Of a stretch of 32,071 bases of DNA, positions 24,531 to 32,071 are shown in pieces; position 1 is the stretch's first letter, and every line of letters starts with the position of its first letter. The translations under genes were made by a program, and so were the position numbers. Source of the stretch: an uncultured Anaerolineae bacterium (GTDB lineage: Bacteria > Chloroflexota > Anaerolineae > Anaerolineales > UBA11858); the NCBI GenBank assembly GCA_937893815.1, contig CALCSH010000025.1:1-32071 (forward strand), given 5' to 3'. The notes below the pieces were generated by a model. It saw nothing but the letters and a program-made list of their open reading frames with translations, was not told where the DNA came from and searched no databases.

Positions 24531-24537
24531 TGTCCTT

Positions 24538-26256
24538 ATGAGTAAAATAGTTGGTATTGACCTCGGCACCACAAACTCGGGTGTTGCAGTTGTGCGTGAT
24601 GGCGTGCCGGTTATGCTGCCCAACGGCAACGAGCGCATCATCCCTTCTGTTGTAGGGTATTCAGCCGATCAGCAATGGCTGGTGGGAACTCCTGCCCGCA
24701 ATCAGTATGTTCTCGACCCCGAGAATACCATTCGCTCCATCAAACGCAAAATGGGTGGCGATACCCGCACCACCCTGGGCGGCAAGTCCTTCAGCCCCCA
24801 GGAAATTTCGGCTTTTCTTTTGCGCGAATTGAAGGAAATTGCCGAGCGCAGCCTGGGATACGAGGTCAGTGATGCCGTCATCACCGTTCCGGCCTATTTT
24901 TCAGACGCAGCCCGTCAGGCCACCCGGGATGCCGGACGAATCGCCGGATTCAACGTGCGTCGCATCATCAACGAACCCACTGCGGCGGCCCTGGCGTATG
25001 GTCTTGAAGGCTCCGATGATCAGACCGTGCTGGTTTATGACCTGGGCGGCGGCACTTTCGATGTCTCATTGGTGGAACTGATGGGCGGTATCGTAGAAGT
25101 GCGCGCCAGCCATGGCGATACGCAATTGGGCGGCGACGATTTCGACCTGCTCCTGGCCGAGCAAATCGCAGCCTGGTTCGATGAGACTCATGGTGTGAGG
25201 GTGCATGACGACCGGCGGGCTTTTGCCCGAATCTTGCGGGCTGCCGAAACGGCAAAAATCCAACTTTCATCCCATCCGTATACCTGGGTCAAAGAAGAAT
25301 ATCTGATAGAAAAAAATGGGGTACCGCTCCATCTGGAATATGAGATCAGCCGAAAAGATTTCGAAATCCTGATCCAGCCGCTGCTCCAGAAAACCCTGGA
25401 GTCGATCAATCAGGTGATTCTCGATTCGGGCGTTTCTACCGAACAGATTCAGCAGGTCTTGATGGTAGGCGGCTCATCGTATATCCCTGCTGTGTGGGAA
25501 CTGGTAGCCGAAACCCTGGGCACAGAACCCCACATGTCGCTAAACCCGGAGGAAGTTGTCGCCCTGGGGGCTGGCGTGCAGGCGGCTATCATCGCTGGCG
25601 AGCCGATTGACGCTATCCTTGTGGATATCACCCCGCACTCCCTGGGCATCGCGGTCGCGAAGGATTTCATGGGGCAGTTGATCTCCGACCGCTATAAAGT
25701 CCTGATCCGGCGCAATACCACCATCCCGACCACCAAAGAAGAAGAATTCTATGCCATCTATCCCGACCAGGACACAATCCGCATTGAGGTCTATCAAGGG
25801 GAGCATCCGGTGGCCTCCAAGAACACCCCCCTGGGCGAGTTCCTGATCACCGGGTTGGAGCCAGAGAAGCCCGAAGAGACAGCCGCCATCACCGTGCAAT
25901 TTGATTTCGATGTCAATGGCATTCTCAAGGTTACAGCCCGCGATCGTAAAACCGGCAAACAGGAGGCGATTACGGTAGAGGCCTCGCGCACCCGGTTAAG
26001 CGAGGCCGAAATTCTTTCGGCAAAGAAATGGGCAGATCAGGAAGCGCTTTCGCTGGTGTCTCTTTCGGATGAAACGCGCGTTCTGGTGGACCGCGCCCAA
26101 AAACTCCTGGAAGGTAAAACCCTTTCCGATGAAGACCGCCAGGAACTGGGGATTCTACTATCCGGCATTGATGAGGCCCAGGCGATTGGCGACGAAGAGG
26201 ACCTGGACGAATTGGCGCAATCGCTGCTCGATTTGCTATTCGATTTGGAGGACTGA
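24538..26256 (+). CDS. Hsp70 family chaperone (DnaK paralogue with shortened C-terminal lid)
   Basis: The product has [25 protein letters not shown], the interdomain linker [13 protein letters not shown], a beta-sandwich substrate-binding region and an acidic C-terminus ([21 protein letters not shown]). It is 572 aa. Confidence 0.9.
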   Translation: MSKIVGIDLGTTNSGVAVVRDGVPVMLPNGNERIIPSVVGYSADQQWLVGTPARNQYVLDPENTIRSIKRKMGGDTRTTLGGKSFSPQEISAFLLRELKEIAERSLGYEVSDAVITVPAYFSDAARQATRDAGRIAGFNVRRIINEPTAAALAYGLEGSDDQTVLVYDLGGGTFDVSLVELMGGIVEVRASHGDTQLGGDDFDLLLAEQIAAWFDETHGVRVHDDRRAFARILRAAETAKIQLSSHPYTWVKEEYLIEKNGVPLHLEYEISRKDFEILIQPLLQKTLESINQVILDSGVSTEQIQQVLMVGGSSYIPAVWELVAETLGTEPHMSLNPEEVVALGAGVQAAIIAGEPIDAILVDITPHSLGIAVAKDFMGQLISDRYKVLIRRNTTIPTTKEEEFYAIYPDQDTIRIEVYQGEHPVASKNTPLGEFLITGLEPEKPEETAAITVQFDFDVNGILKVTARDRKTGKQEAITVEASRTRLSEAEILSAKKWADQEALSLVSLSDETRVLVDRAQKLLEGKTLSDEDRQELGILLSGIDEAQAIGDEEDLDELAQSLLDLLFDLED

Positions 26257-26269
26257 TTTCAGAAAGGGT

Positions 26270-26548
26270 TCAATTTGCTGGTTCATCTGTAAAATGTGCA
26301 GGCGACAGTCGCTCGCGAAGTGATCGGCGCCTCGTTTGCAGCGCAGCCACAGGAGATTGCCAACGTTGAATTATGTGGGTATAAAGATCGCTTCGCTCTG
26401 TCGCACTAACACGAGTGAAGCGCTCACCCCCTTGATAGAGGGCAGCATTGGGCATGACATTGTGACGGTGTACAGCGAAAGATAGTTCTCTTTCGATACG
26501 CCCAAAAAATTTCGATTTTCGTTTGCTGAGCCACCCGCATATAACCAT
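26270..26548 (-). CDS. Doubtful hypothetical ORF (about 92 aa)
   Basis: An open frame exists, but there is no SD and I recognised no motif. The product is basic and Arg-rich, and the track ORF starts at a TTG. It may be non-coding. Confidence 0.2.
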   Translation of the reverse strand: MVICGWLSKRKSKFFGRIERELSFAVHRHNVMPNAALYQGGERFTRVSATERSDLYTHIIQRWQSPVAALQTRRRSLRERLSPAHFTDEPAN

Positions 26549-26596
26549 CAAAGCGACTATCGTGCCTGTGGGATGTGTGCGGACGGGAACGCGATG

Positions 26597-27001
26597 CTAT
26601 GGCATGCGGCTCATGCACTCCCCAATTTCGAAGCCGAATTTGGTGTATAGCTCGTGGGCGTCGCGCGTGCGCAGCACTTGCTGCGCAGTCGGAACGACGG
26701 CAGGGTGCTCTAGAATACATTCGATCAGCCATCGACCCAGGCCGCGGCCGCGATACTCGGGGGCGACCATCACATCGGCGATCCAGGCGAAGGTTGCGCT
26801 ATCGGTGACTGTGCGCGCAAAACCAATTTGCTGCTCTCCATCGAAGAGTGATAAAGGAATTGACCCCTGAATGGAGGCGGCTATAACCTCACGCGGGCGC
26901 GTGGGCGCCCAATAGTTACTGCGCAGCATGGCTTCTACAAAATTCAAATCAACAAGATCGCGCTCATTGAAGATGCTGAAATTGCCGCGTTTCCATTGCA
27001 T
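26597..27001 (-). CDS. GNAT family N-acetyltransferase
   Basis: The 134-aa product has an acetyl-CoA-binding motif (VAPEYRGRGLGRWLIE) and a C-terminal AHELYTKFGF. A GGAG SD lies upstream, and the gene is tightly linked to the upstream CoA-binding protein gene. Confidence 0.85.
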   Translation of the reverse strand: MQWKRGNFSIFNERDLVDLNFVEAMLRSNYWAPTRPREVIAASIQGSIPLSLFDGEQQIGFARTVTDSATFAWIADVMVAPEYRGRGLGRWLIECILEHPAVVPTAQQVLRTRDAHELYTKFGFEIGECMSRMP

Positions 27002-27012
27002 CGTTCACGCTC

Positions 27013-27417
27013 CTAGCGGGATGCCATCCAGAACTGGTGCTCAACCTTCATGCAACGATCCATAACCACTTGTAATCCTGCGTTCTGTGCTTTCTGAGCC
27101 GCCGCATCGTGAAGGATTCCCAACTGCATCCAGATTGTTTTGGCGCCGAGTTGGATGGCTTGGTCCACGAAGGGTGGCACAGCTTCACTGCGACGGAAAA
27201 TCAGCACCAGGTCAATCGCTTCGGAAATGGCGTTCAGTTTGGCATACGCCTTTTCGCCGAGCGCCGCATCCAGGTGGGGGTTGACCGGGATGATGCGGTA
27301 GCCCTGGGATTGCAGATAGGCGGGAACAGTATAGCCCGCTTTGGCCGGGTTGGACGAAAAACCGACCACGGCGATGGTTTTGGTTTTTCGCAGGATGGAT
27401 TGAAGGTTTGTGTCCAT
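27013..27417 (-). CDS. CoA-binding domain protein (YccU/YneT-like)
   Basis: The 134-aa product has KTIAVVGFSSNPAKAGYTVPAYLQSQGYRIIPVNP, which is typical of the small CoA_binding_2 family. Confidence 0.8.
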   Translation of the reverse strand: MDTNLQSILRKTKTIAVVGFSSNPAKAGYTVPAYLQSQGYRIIPVNPHLDAALGEKAYAKLNAISEAIDLVLIFRRSEAVPPFVDQAIQLGAKTIWMQLGILHDAAAQKAQNAGLQVVMDRCMKVEHQFWMASR

Positions 27418-27445
27418 AGAATCGACTCGGAAATAACACGAAACT

Positions 27446-27497
27446 CATCACCAAGGCACGAAGGCCGCAAAGCGCAGTTGTGTATTTCTTGGCGATG
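27446..27497. repeat. Imperfect palindromic element (CACGAAGG family), copy 2
   Basis: The outer stem CATCACCAAG/CTTGGCGATG pairs at 9 of 10 positions. The interior shares the blocks AAGG, ACGAAG, CAAAG and TTGTG with copy 1. Its 3' end (GTGTATTTCTTGGCGAT) matches the reverse complement of 30604-30620 at 16 of 17 positions. Confidence 0.55.
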
Positions 27498-27552
27498 GTG
27501 GTTAAGATAATCCTGGTTGATTGGGGATATTCAGGGAAAGAGTGGTTGCCTT

Positions 27553-28839
27553 CTACTCCAATCGTGAGGCCAGGAAAGGTACCAGCATCTCCTCACGGTG
27601 CAGCCCGCCGTGACGTCCGATCAGCGGATTGGGTTTTTTGGCCCACCACAGATAGGCGTTGCCGCGCGGGGCGGCGATTAGATCGCCCAGGCGGTCGCGC
27701 AGGCGCGGGTGCTGCGGCCCCGGCCCGAACAGTCCGCCTTGCAGGGCTTGCTCTGGTGTGAAGAGAACAAATTCGCCCGGCCAGGCGGCATCAAGATATT
27801 GGCGGATGGCCTGCGTTTGTCCCGGTTTGGCGTAGAGATACAGCAATCGGTTTTCGCCCGTTGGCTGAATATGCAGCATGGCATCCAGATCGGGGTGATT
27901 CTTAAGGTGATAGCGTGGCTCATCAAACGTGCGAATCTGCCCGTGATCGGCGGTCAGAATCACCAGCGTGTCTTTGCGAGCCGCCGGGCTGAGCGTGTTG
28001 AGAAAATGACGCTCGAAGGCTTCGCTGAACTGGGTGAATTCGGCGGCGACACGTTCATCTTCGGGCTGGTATTGATGCGAAAAACTATCAACGACACCCC
28101 AATAGGCCCAACTATAGATGCGCTGCGCCGGTTTTTCATCGAACAGCTCGCGCATCGTCACCCACAGGTCAACGGGAGTGCTGAACGGGGCAATTTCAAC
28201 CTCGCGCATTTGCATCGTCGATAGCCCGGAGTGGGAGATGCTGTGATGCAGGAAAGCATAAGGTTGCACGCCATGCGCCTTGAGATGTTCGCCCAGAGTG
28301 GTCATTTGCAAATATTCGGGCGGCTTGAACCCGGCTTTGGCGAGATCGCCGACACCGACCTGGAAAGCGATGGGTGTATGCAAGATCATATTGGTGACAA
28401 TGCCGTATTCCTTGAGCCAGAGTTCGTACCCGGCAATGCCATGTTCGGCGGCGCTGGCCCCTGTCCATAGGGTGGTGGTGGCGGCGCTGGTTGTACTGGG
28501 GCTGATGGAGGTCAGCGGGGCGAGCGTGCCGCTTTCTAGCAATCGATTCCACACCGGGTTGCGCTTTTCATCCAACCAGCGAGTGAAGCGGTGCAGGGCC
28601 AGGGCATCCATCAGGATCAGGACCACGCGGCGCACACCCTCCCCCGGGGATAGGAGTAGCTCCGGGCGCAACGCACCCGCCCCGAGGTCGGGCACGTTCA
28701 GCCAGCGGCAAATCGAGGTGGGAATATTGAGGATCGAATCCCCATCATATTTCGGATAAATAAAATCATCCCCCAATTCCAAGCCAGGGAGGCGATGCTT
28801 TTCGATGATTGGCAATAATGTGGGAATTTGATTGGGCAT
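27553..28839 (-). CDS. Alkaline phosphatase superfamily protein (type I phosphodiesterase/nucleotide pyrophosphatase-like)
   Basis: The 428-aa product has VVLILMDALALHRF, SISPSTTSAATTTLWTGASAAEHGIAGY (nucleophile Thr/Ser region) and LVILTADHGQ, the conserved metal and nucleophile blocks of the NPP/AP fold. Confidence 0.75.
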   Translation of the reverse strand: MPNQIPTLLPIIEKHRLPGLELGDDFIYPKYDGDSILNIPTSICRWLNVPDLGAGALRPELLLSPGEGVRRVVLILMDALALHRFTRWLDEKRNPVWNRLLESGTLAPLTSISPSTTSAATTTLWTGASAAEHGIAGYELWLKEYGIVTNMILHTPIAFQVGVGDLAKAGFKPPEYLQMTTLGEHLKAHGVQPYAFLHHSISHSGLSTMQMREVEIAPFSTPVDLWVTMRELFDEKPAQRIYSWAYWGVVDSFSHQYQPEDERVAAEFTQFSEAFERHFLNTLSPAARKDTLVILTADHGQIRTFDEPRYHLKNHPDLDAMLHIQPTGENRLLYLYAKPGQTQAIRQYLDAAWPGEFVLFTPEQALQGGLFGPGPQHPRLRDRLGDLIAAPRGNAYLWWAKKPNPLIGRHGGLHREEMLVPFLASRLE

Positions 28840-28863
28840 GGGTGTATCTCTGGAAAGGCTGCG

Positions 28864-28872
28864 TGATATAAT
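28864..28872 (+). promoter_or_regulatory. Candidate extended -10 box TGATATAAT for the ABC transporter operon
   Basis: This is an exact TGnTATAAT. It lies about 30 nt upstream of the GGAGG SD (28901-28905). Confidence 0.45.
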
Positions 28873-28910
28873 GACGCCGCCATCGATAAGCTCTCATTTT
28901 GGAGGTTGAA

Positions 28911-30572
28911 TTGAAAACAGCTTTCTTGTCCGGGCGGCGTTTGCGGGAATGGCGGGAATATCTTACCGCATATTTAATGATTGCGCCTGCAACGATACTC
29001 ATCTTGATGTTTGGTATTTTTCCGGTTGGGTTTGCGTTGTTTGTGAGTTTGCACAAGTGGCGTTTGAAGCGGGGCGATTTTTTGGGGATGGATAATTATG
29101 TTCGCGCACTAGAGAATTTTGCCTATATTTTATTCTTCGGGTTGGCCGTTGGACTGCTGGTGTGGGGCGTGATGGCGCTGCGCCGCATGTGGGTTGAGTC
29201 GCAGGAATTTGGTGATCAACCCTGGTGGCTGGCGTTACCGGCCTTATTATTTTCGGCGACGTTGCTCAGCATGGTGAATTGGCTATTCCGTGTTTTGCCT
29301 GAAATGCTGGATATTGCCGACAAGATCATCGGCCTGGAGAAAACCCGCGAGCTATTTTTGCAACTTCTCGACGAGGCGTTTCATGCCGAGATTGCGTTTG
29401 CAGCCTGGCGGATTCTTGTTAGCCTGGCGGTGATTTCCTTGCTGGTTTTTGCGGGGCTGTTATTTTCACAACAATTGAGCAAGCCGCGCTTTGGAAACTA
29501 CACATTTCAATTTTTGGGTGTGGAGTTGGTGCTGTTCAGCGGCGCATGGTTACTGTGGGTAACATATCTTGCTGTGCAGGCAGCCTATGTGTTGGCGATG
29601 GAGAGCGGCGTGGATCCTGGCATTTGGCCGCAGGTGATAACCATTGGATCGGGCGTGATTTTGCTGCTGCTGGGATGGCGCGTCTGGCAGCGGGGACTCA
29701 CACGCAGCAACAATTGGGCCTTTTTAGGGCATGTGCTCGCCGCAATGACGATGCTGGTGGGCGCCTGGCTATTGATTGGTGAACTGCCCACGTTGTTGGC
29801 TGCTGGCGATAAAGATATTTGGGTCGGCCTCAAGGTGACCCTGTTTTATTCGTTGGGGACGGTACCTTTTCAGTTGACCTTTTCACTCTTCCTGGCGATC
29901 TTGCTTTTCCAAAAGCTGCGCGGCTCCGAAATTTTTCGTATGTTGTATTTTCTCCCTTATGTTACTCCCACCGTCGCCAGCGCGGCGATATTCCGTCAGT
30001 TATTCTCCAATCGCTATCAGGCTCCGATCAATCAGTTGTTGATTACGCTGGGTATGGAACCGCAGCAATGGCTGCGTGAGCCGCGTGGCATTTTTGTCAT
30101 TCTGGCTCAGGCGGCGCATCTGAGTTGGCCCGATTGGGCCGCCGGGCCGAGCATGGCGCTCCTGGCGATTATGATCTATTCCGTCTGGACCTATATTGGC
30201 TATGACACGGTTATCTATTTGGCCGGTTTGGGCAATATCTCGACCGAATTGATTGAAGCCGCTGAAATTGACGGCGCAGGCCAATGGGAAGTTTTCCGTC
30301 ATATCACCCTGCCGCTGCTCTCCCCGACGACCTACTTCCTCTCGCTGCTGGCGATTATTGGTACGTTTAAGGCCTTTAATCATATTTGGGTCATGCGGCA
30401 AGGCTCGGCGCTAGGCACAACCGACACGTTTAGCGTTGTGATTTTCGCTGAATTTTTTGAGAAGCTGCGTTATGGCTATGCTTCGGCGTTGGCGTTTGTA
30501 TTGTTTGCCGTGATCCTCAGCCTGACCTATATTAACAATAAAATTCAAGGCTCGCGCGTGTTTTATGGGTAG
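28911..30572 (+). CDS. Carbohydrate (CUT1-type) ABC transporter permease, MalF-like, with an about 230-aa inserted membrane region
   Basis: The EAA loop is [25 protein letters not shown] prefer the TTG start at 28911, 5 nt after GGAGG; the track start (TTG 28899) overlaps that SD. Between TM1 and the conserved core (about nt 29110-29810) lie roughly six extra hydrophobic segments. Confidence 0.85.
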   Translation: MKTAFLSGRRLREWREYLTAYLMIAPATILILMFGIFPVGFALFVSLHKWRLKRGDFLGMDNYVRALENFAYILFFGLAVGLLVWGVMALRRMWVESQEFGDQPWWLALPALLFSATLLSMVNWLFRVLPEMLDIADKIIGLEKTRELFLQLLDEAFHAEIAFAAWRILVSLAVISLLVFAGLLFSQQLSKPRFGNYTFQFLGVELVLFSGAWLLWVTYLAVQAAYVLAMESGVDPGIWPQVITIGSGVILLLLGWRVWQRGLTRSNNWAFLGHVLAAMTMLVGAWLLIGELPTLLAAGDKDIWVGLKVTLFYSLGTVPFQLTFSLFLAILLFQKLRGSEIFRMLYFLPYVTPTVASAAIFRQLFSNRYQAPINQLLITLGMEPQQWLREPRGIFVILAQAAHLSWPDWAAGPSMALLAIMIYSVWTYIGYDTVIYLAGLGNISTELIEAAEIDGAGQWEVFRHITLPLLSPTTYFLSLLAIIGTFKAFNHIWVMRQGSALGTTDTFSVVIFAEFFEKLRYGYASALAFVLFAVILSLTYINNKIQGSRVFYG

Positions 30573-30602
30573 CTACTTAACGCAAAGGCGCGATGTAGCA
30601 AA

Positions 30603-30656
30603 ATCGCCAAGAAACACACCTAAAAAACATTTGCGACGCAGCAACCTGGCGTCGCC
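30603..30656. repeat. Degenerate palindromic element (CACGAAGG family), copy 3, inverted orientation
   Basis: ATCGCCAAGAAACACAC (30604-30620) matches the reverse complement of the 3' end of copy 2 at 16 of 17 positions. The partner arm CCTGGCGT (30645-30652) is imperfect. It lies in the spacer between the two permease genes. Confidence 0.45.
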
Positions 30657-30694
30657 GGTGCCCCTTAGGGCATTCCGTTGTAGGAGATCGCTCT

Positions 30695-31558
30695 ATGGAT
30701 AGCGAACAACATTTTTGGAAGAACTCTCGCAAGGCAGCGAAAAATATCTCAGTTTACACATTCCTTGTTTTGGGTGTAGTGATCTCGGTCACGCCATTTT
30801 TATGGATGATTCTGACCTCCTTCATGTCTTTGGGAGAAGCCCAGGGTATTCGCTGGATTCCATCGCAATTGCATTTTGAAAATTACACCAACGCTTGGAA
30901 AGAAGCCGCCTTTTCGGAATATTTTGTCAACAGCGTATTTCTGACCATTATCACTCTGGCAGGAGAACTGACCTTTAGCATCATGGCGGCTTACGCCTTT
31001 GCTCGCATCAAATTCCCTGGGCGAGAGGTCATCTTTGGGCTGCTGCTCAGCACCATCATGATCCCGGCGATGGTCAATATCATCCCGAATTTCCTCACCG
31101 TCACCTGGTTAGGGCGTATCGGCCCGATCAAGTGGATCAACAACTGGCCCGCGCTGACTATCCCTTTTATGGGCAGTATCTTTTCCATCTTCCTGCTGCG
31201 CCAGTTTTTTGCCCAAATTCCCGATGAACTTTTCGACGCTGCCCGTATCGACGGGGCGGGACACCTGCGTTTTTTGGTCAAGGTGGTGTTGCCGCTTTCC
31301 AAAGCGCCGGTGATGGTGATCATCGTACTTTCGTTCATCGGCTCGTGGAATGCGCTGGCCTGGCCGATGCTTGTAACCAATTCGCCCGACTGGCGGCCCA
31401 TCGCCGTCGGCCTGTATAACTTTGTTGAAGAAGCCGGGCAATCTTTGCATTTGATGATGGCAGGCGCTTTCATTACCATCATTCCCATCCTGGTGCTGTA
31501 CTTTTTCACCCAAAAACAATTCACGGAGAGCATTGCTCGCAGCGGCCTGAAGGGATAA
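30695..31558 (+). CDS. Carbohydrate ABC transporter permease, MalG-like
   Basis: The 287-aa product has the EAA loop DAARIDGAGHLRFLVKVVLPLSKAP. An AGGAG SD lies 8 nt upstream. Confidence 0.9.
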   Translation: MDSEQHFWKNSRKAAKNISVYTFLVLGVVISVTPFLWMILTSFMSLGEAQGIRWIPSQLHFENYTNAWKEAAFSEYFVNSVFLTIITLAGELTFSIMAAYAFARIKFPGREVIFGLLLSTIMIPAMVNIIPNFLTVTWLGRIGPIKWINNWPALTIPFMGSIFSIFLLRQFFAQIPDELFDAARIDGAGHLRFLVKVVLPLSKAPVMVIIVLSFIGSWNALAWPMLVTNSPDWRPIAVGLYNFVEEAGQSLHLMMAGAFITIIPILVLYFFTQKQFTESIARSGLKG

Positions 31559-31602
31559 ATTTCCACTAGTCCGGGATGGTTTTCGTGAGGAAATTATTAA
31601 TT

Positions 31603-31723
31603 GACTCTACTGCAAAAAGCCGATGACGGAGATGTCCGCCGGAATATATGGGGGTGGTGGCGAAGCCACCACCCCCATATATTCCGGCGGGAACACCTGC
31701 ATGGTAGTTTTTTCAGTGGAGTC
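31603..31723. repeat. 121-nt MITE-like palindromic element with a perfect 26-bp core stem
   Basis: In the core, CCGCCGGAATATATGGGGGTGGTGGC (31636-31661), loop GAA, then the exact reverse complement (31665-31690). In the outer arms, GACTCTACTGCAAAAA (31603-31618) matches the reverse complement of TTTTTTCAGTGGAGTC (31708-31723) at 14 of 16 positions. The middle segments pair only partially. Confidence 0.7.
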
Positions 31724-31769
31724 TTAATTTGTTAAGGTTGGATTTTTAAGAAAATGGTCCGGTAACTTA

Positions 31770-31778
31770 TGATACACT
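31770..31778 (+). promoter_or_regulatory. Candidate extended -10 box TGATACACT for the substrate-binding protein gene
   Basis: A TGnTACACT box lies about 170 nt upstream of the ATG at 31947. It is bracketed by the inverted repeat AAAATGGTC (31751-31759) / GACCATTTT (31792-31800). Confidence 0.25.
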
Positions 31779-31946
31779 ACCCCTAGATGAAGACCATTTT
31801 TCCGTTTGTTCAATTCCCTGTTGCGGCAGAGCGGACTCCTTTTTGTGTGGGTTGCCACAGTGGAGCGAAGCTTGTCTCAATGGAGGCTCGGGGGTCATTG
31901 CCCCTGAGAAAATTCCTATCCATATTTTCACAGTAAGGAGAGAAGA

Positions 31947-32071
31947 ATGACGAAAAAATCATTATCCATTCTGCTGATGCTGGTGCTGCTGTTCTCGGTA
32001 GTTCTGGCAGCCTGCCAACCGGCTGTCGAAGAGCCAGCCGCCACAGAGGAAATGGCCGCCGAAGAGCCGAT
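31947..32071 (+). CDS. Lipoprotein, probably the ABC transporter substrate-binding protein (N-terminal fragment; runs off the window)
   Basis: An AAGGAG SD (31935-31940) lies 6 nt before the ATG. The signal peptide MTKKSLSILLMLVLLFSVVLAAC has a LAAC lipobox and is followed by an acidic/Ala-rich linker. The position next to two CUT1 permeases suggests the function. It is not in the ORF track because it is truncated. Confidence 0.6.
   Translation, partial: MTKKSLSILLMLVLLFSVVLAACQPAVEEPAATEEMAAEEP

Noticed and set aside
20984-24537. Heat-shock operators (CIRCE, HAIR) upstream of the TPR gene and of the Hsp70 gene
   Set aside because: I looked by eye for TTAGCACTC-N9-GAGTGCTAA-like and CTTGAGT-N7-ACTCAAG-like inverted repeats and saw none. 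This is a negative visual result only and should be confirmed by pattern search.
31597-31727. TTAA target-site duplication flanking the 121-nt palindrome
   Set aside because: TTAA occurs near both ends, but the left copy is offset by 2 nt from the inverted-repeat boundary. TTAA is also common in this AT-rich spacer, so this is not enough evidence for a TSD.
1-32071. tRNA, rRNA, CRISPR arrays, transposase or integrase genes, and prophage modules
   Set aside because: Intergenic spaces are short. I saw no cloverleaf-like tRNA sequences, no regularly spaced direct repeats, and no ORF with DDE, tyrosine-recombinase or serine-recombinase signatures. This was a visual scan only.

Overview
This is a 32-kb chromosomal window at roughly 55% GC (hand counts only). 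The gene content and protein style suggest a Chloroflexota, Anaerolineae-like bacterium; that assignment is inference and has not been searched. CDS coordinates follow the ORF track and include the stop codon.

Recognisable genes: azlC (partial) and azlD, a VOC/glyoxalase protein, recF, def, a PGM/PMM-family phosphohexomutase, a UPF0104 flippase-like membrane protein, a 1184-aa ExeM/NucH-type extracellular nuclease lipoprotein, an FAD oxidoreductase, a GNAT acetyltransferase, a CoA-binding protein, an alkaline-phosphatase-superfamily protein, two CUT1-type ABC permeases, and the start of a substrate-binding lipoprotein. I saw no rRNA, tRNA, CRISPR array, transposase or integrase.

Most interesting observations:
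1. An eight-gene, translationally coupled minus-strand operon (6310-14462). It combines an orphan GlmL/MutL-like actin-fold ATPase, a zinc-ribbon protein carrying 13 acidic xP[DE]W[LM] motifs, several polytopic membrane proteins and a protein with an LPSTG tail. I cannot assign any pathway to it.
2. A non-canonical Hsp70 module (21108-26256) ordered TPR protein, J-like protein, GrpE-like protein, short-lid Hsp70. The J domain reads PPE where HPD is expected. An inverted repeat upstream of the Hsp70 gene can sequester its Shine-Dalgarno (SD) sequence.
3. A single-gene AT-rich island (about 2855-4734) encoding a cNMP-binding/bPH_2 (bacterial PH domain, DUF304) membrane fusion.
4. Three families of small palindromic intergenic repeats, including a 121-nt MITE-like (miniature inverted-repeat element) palindrome with a perfect 26-bp core.
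5. Three genes with an extended -10 box 6-7 nt from the start codon and no SD, which suggests leaderless mRNAs.
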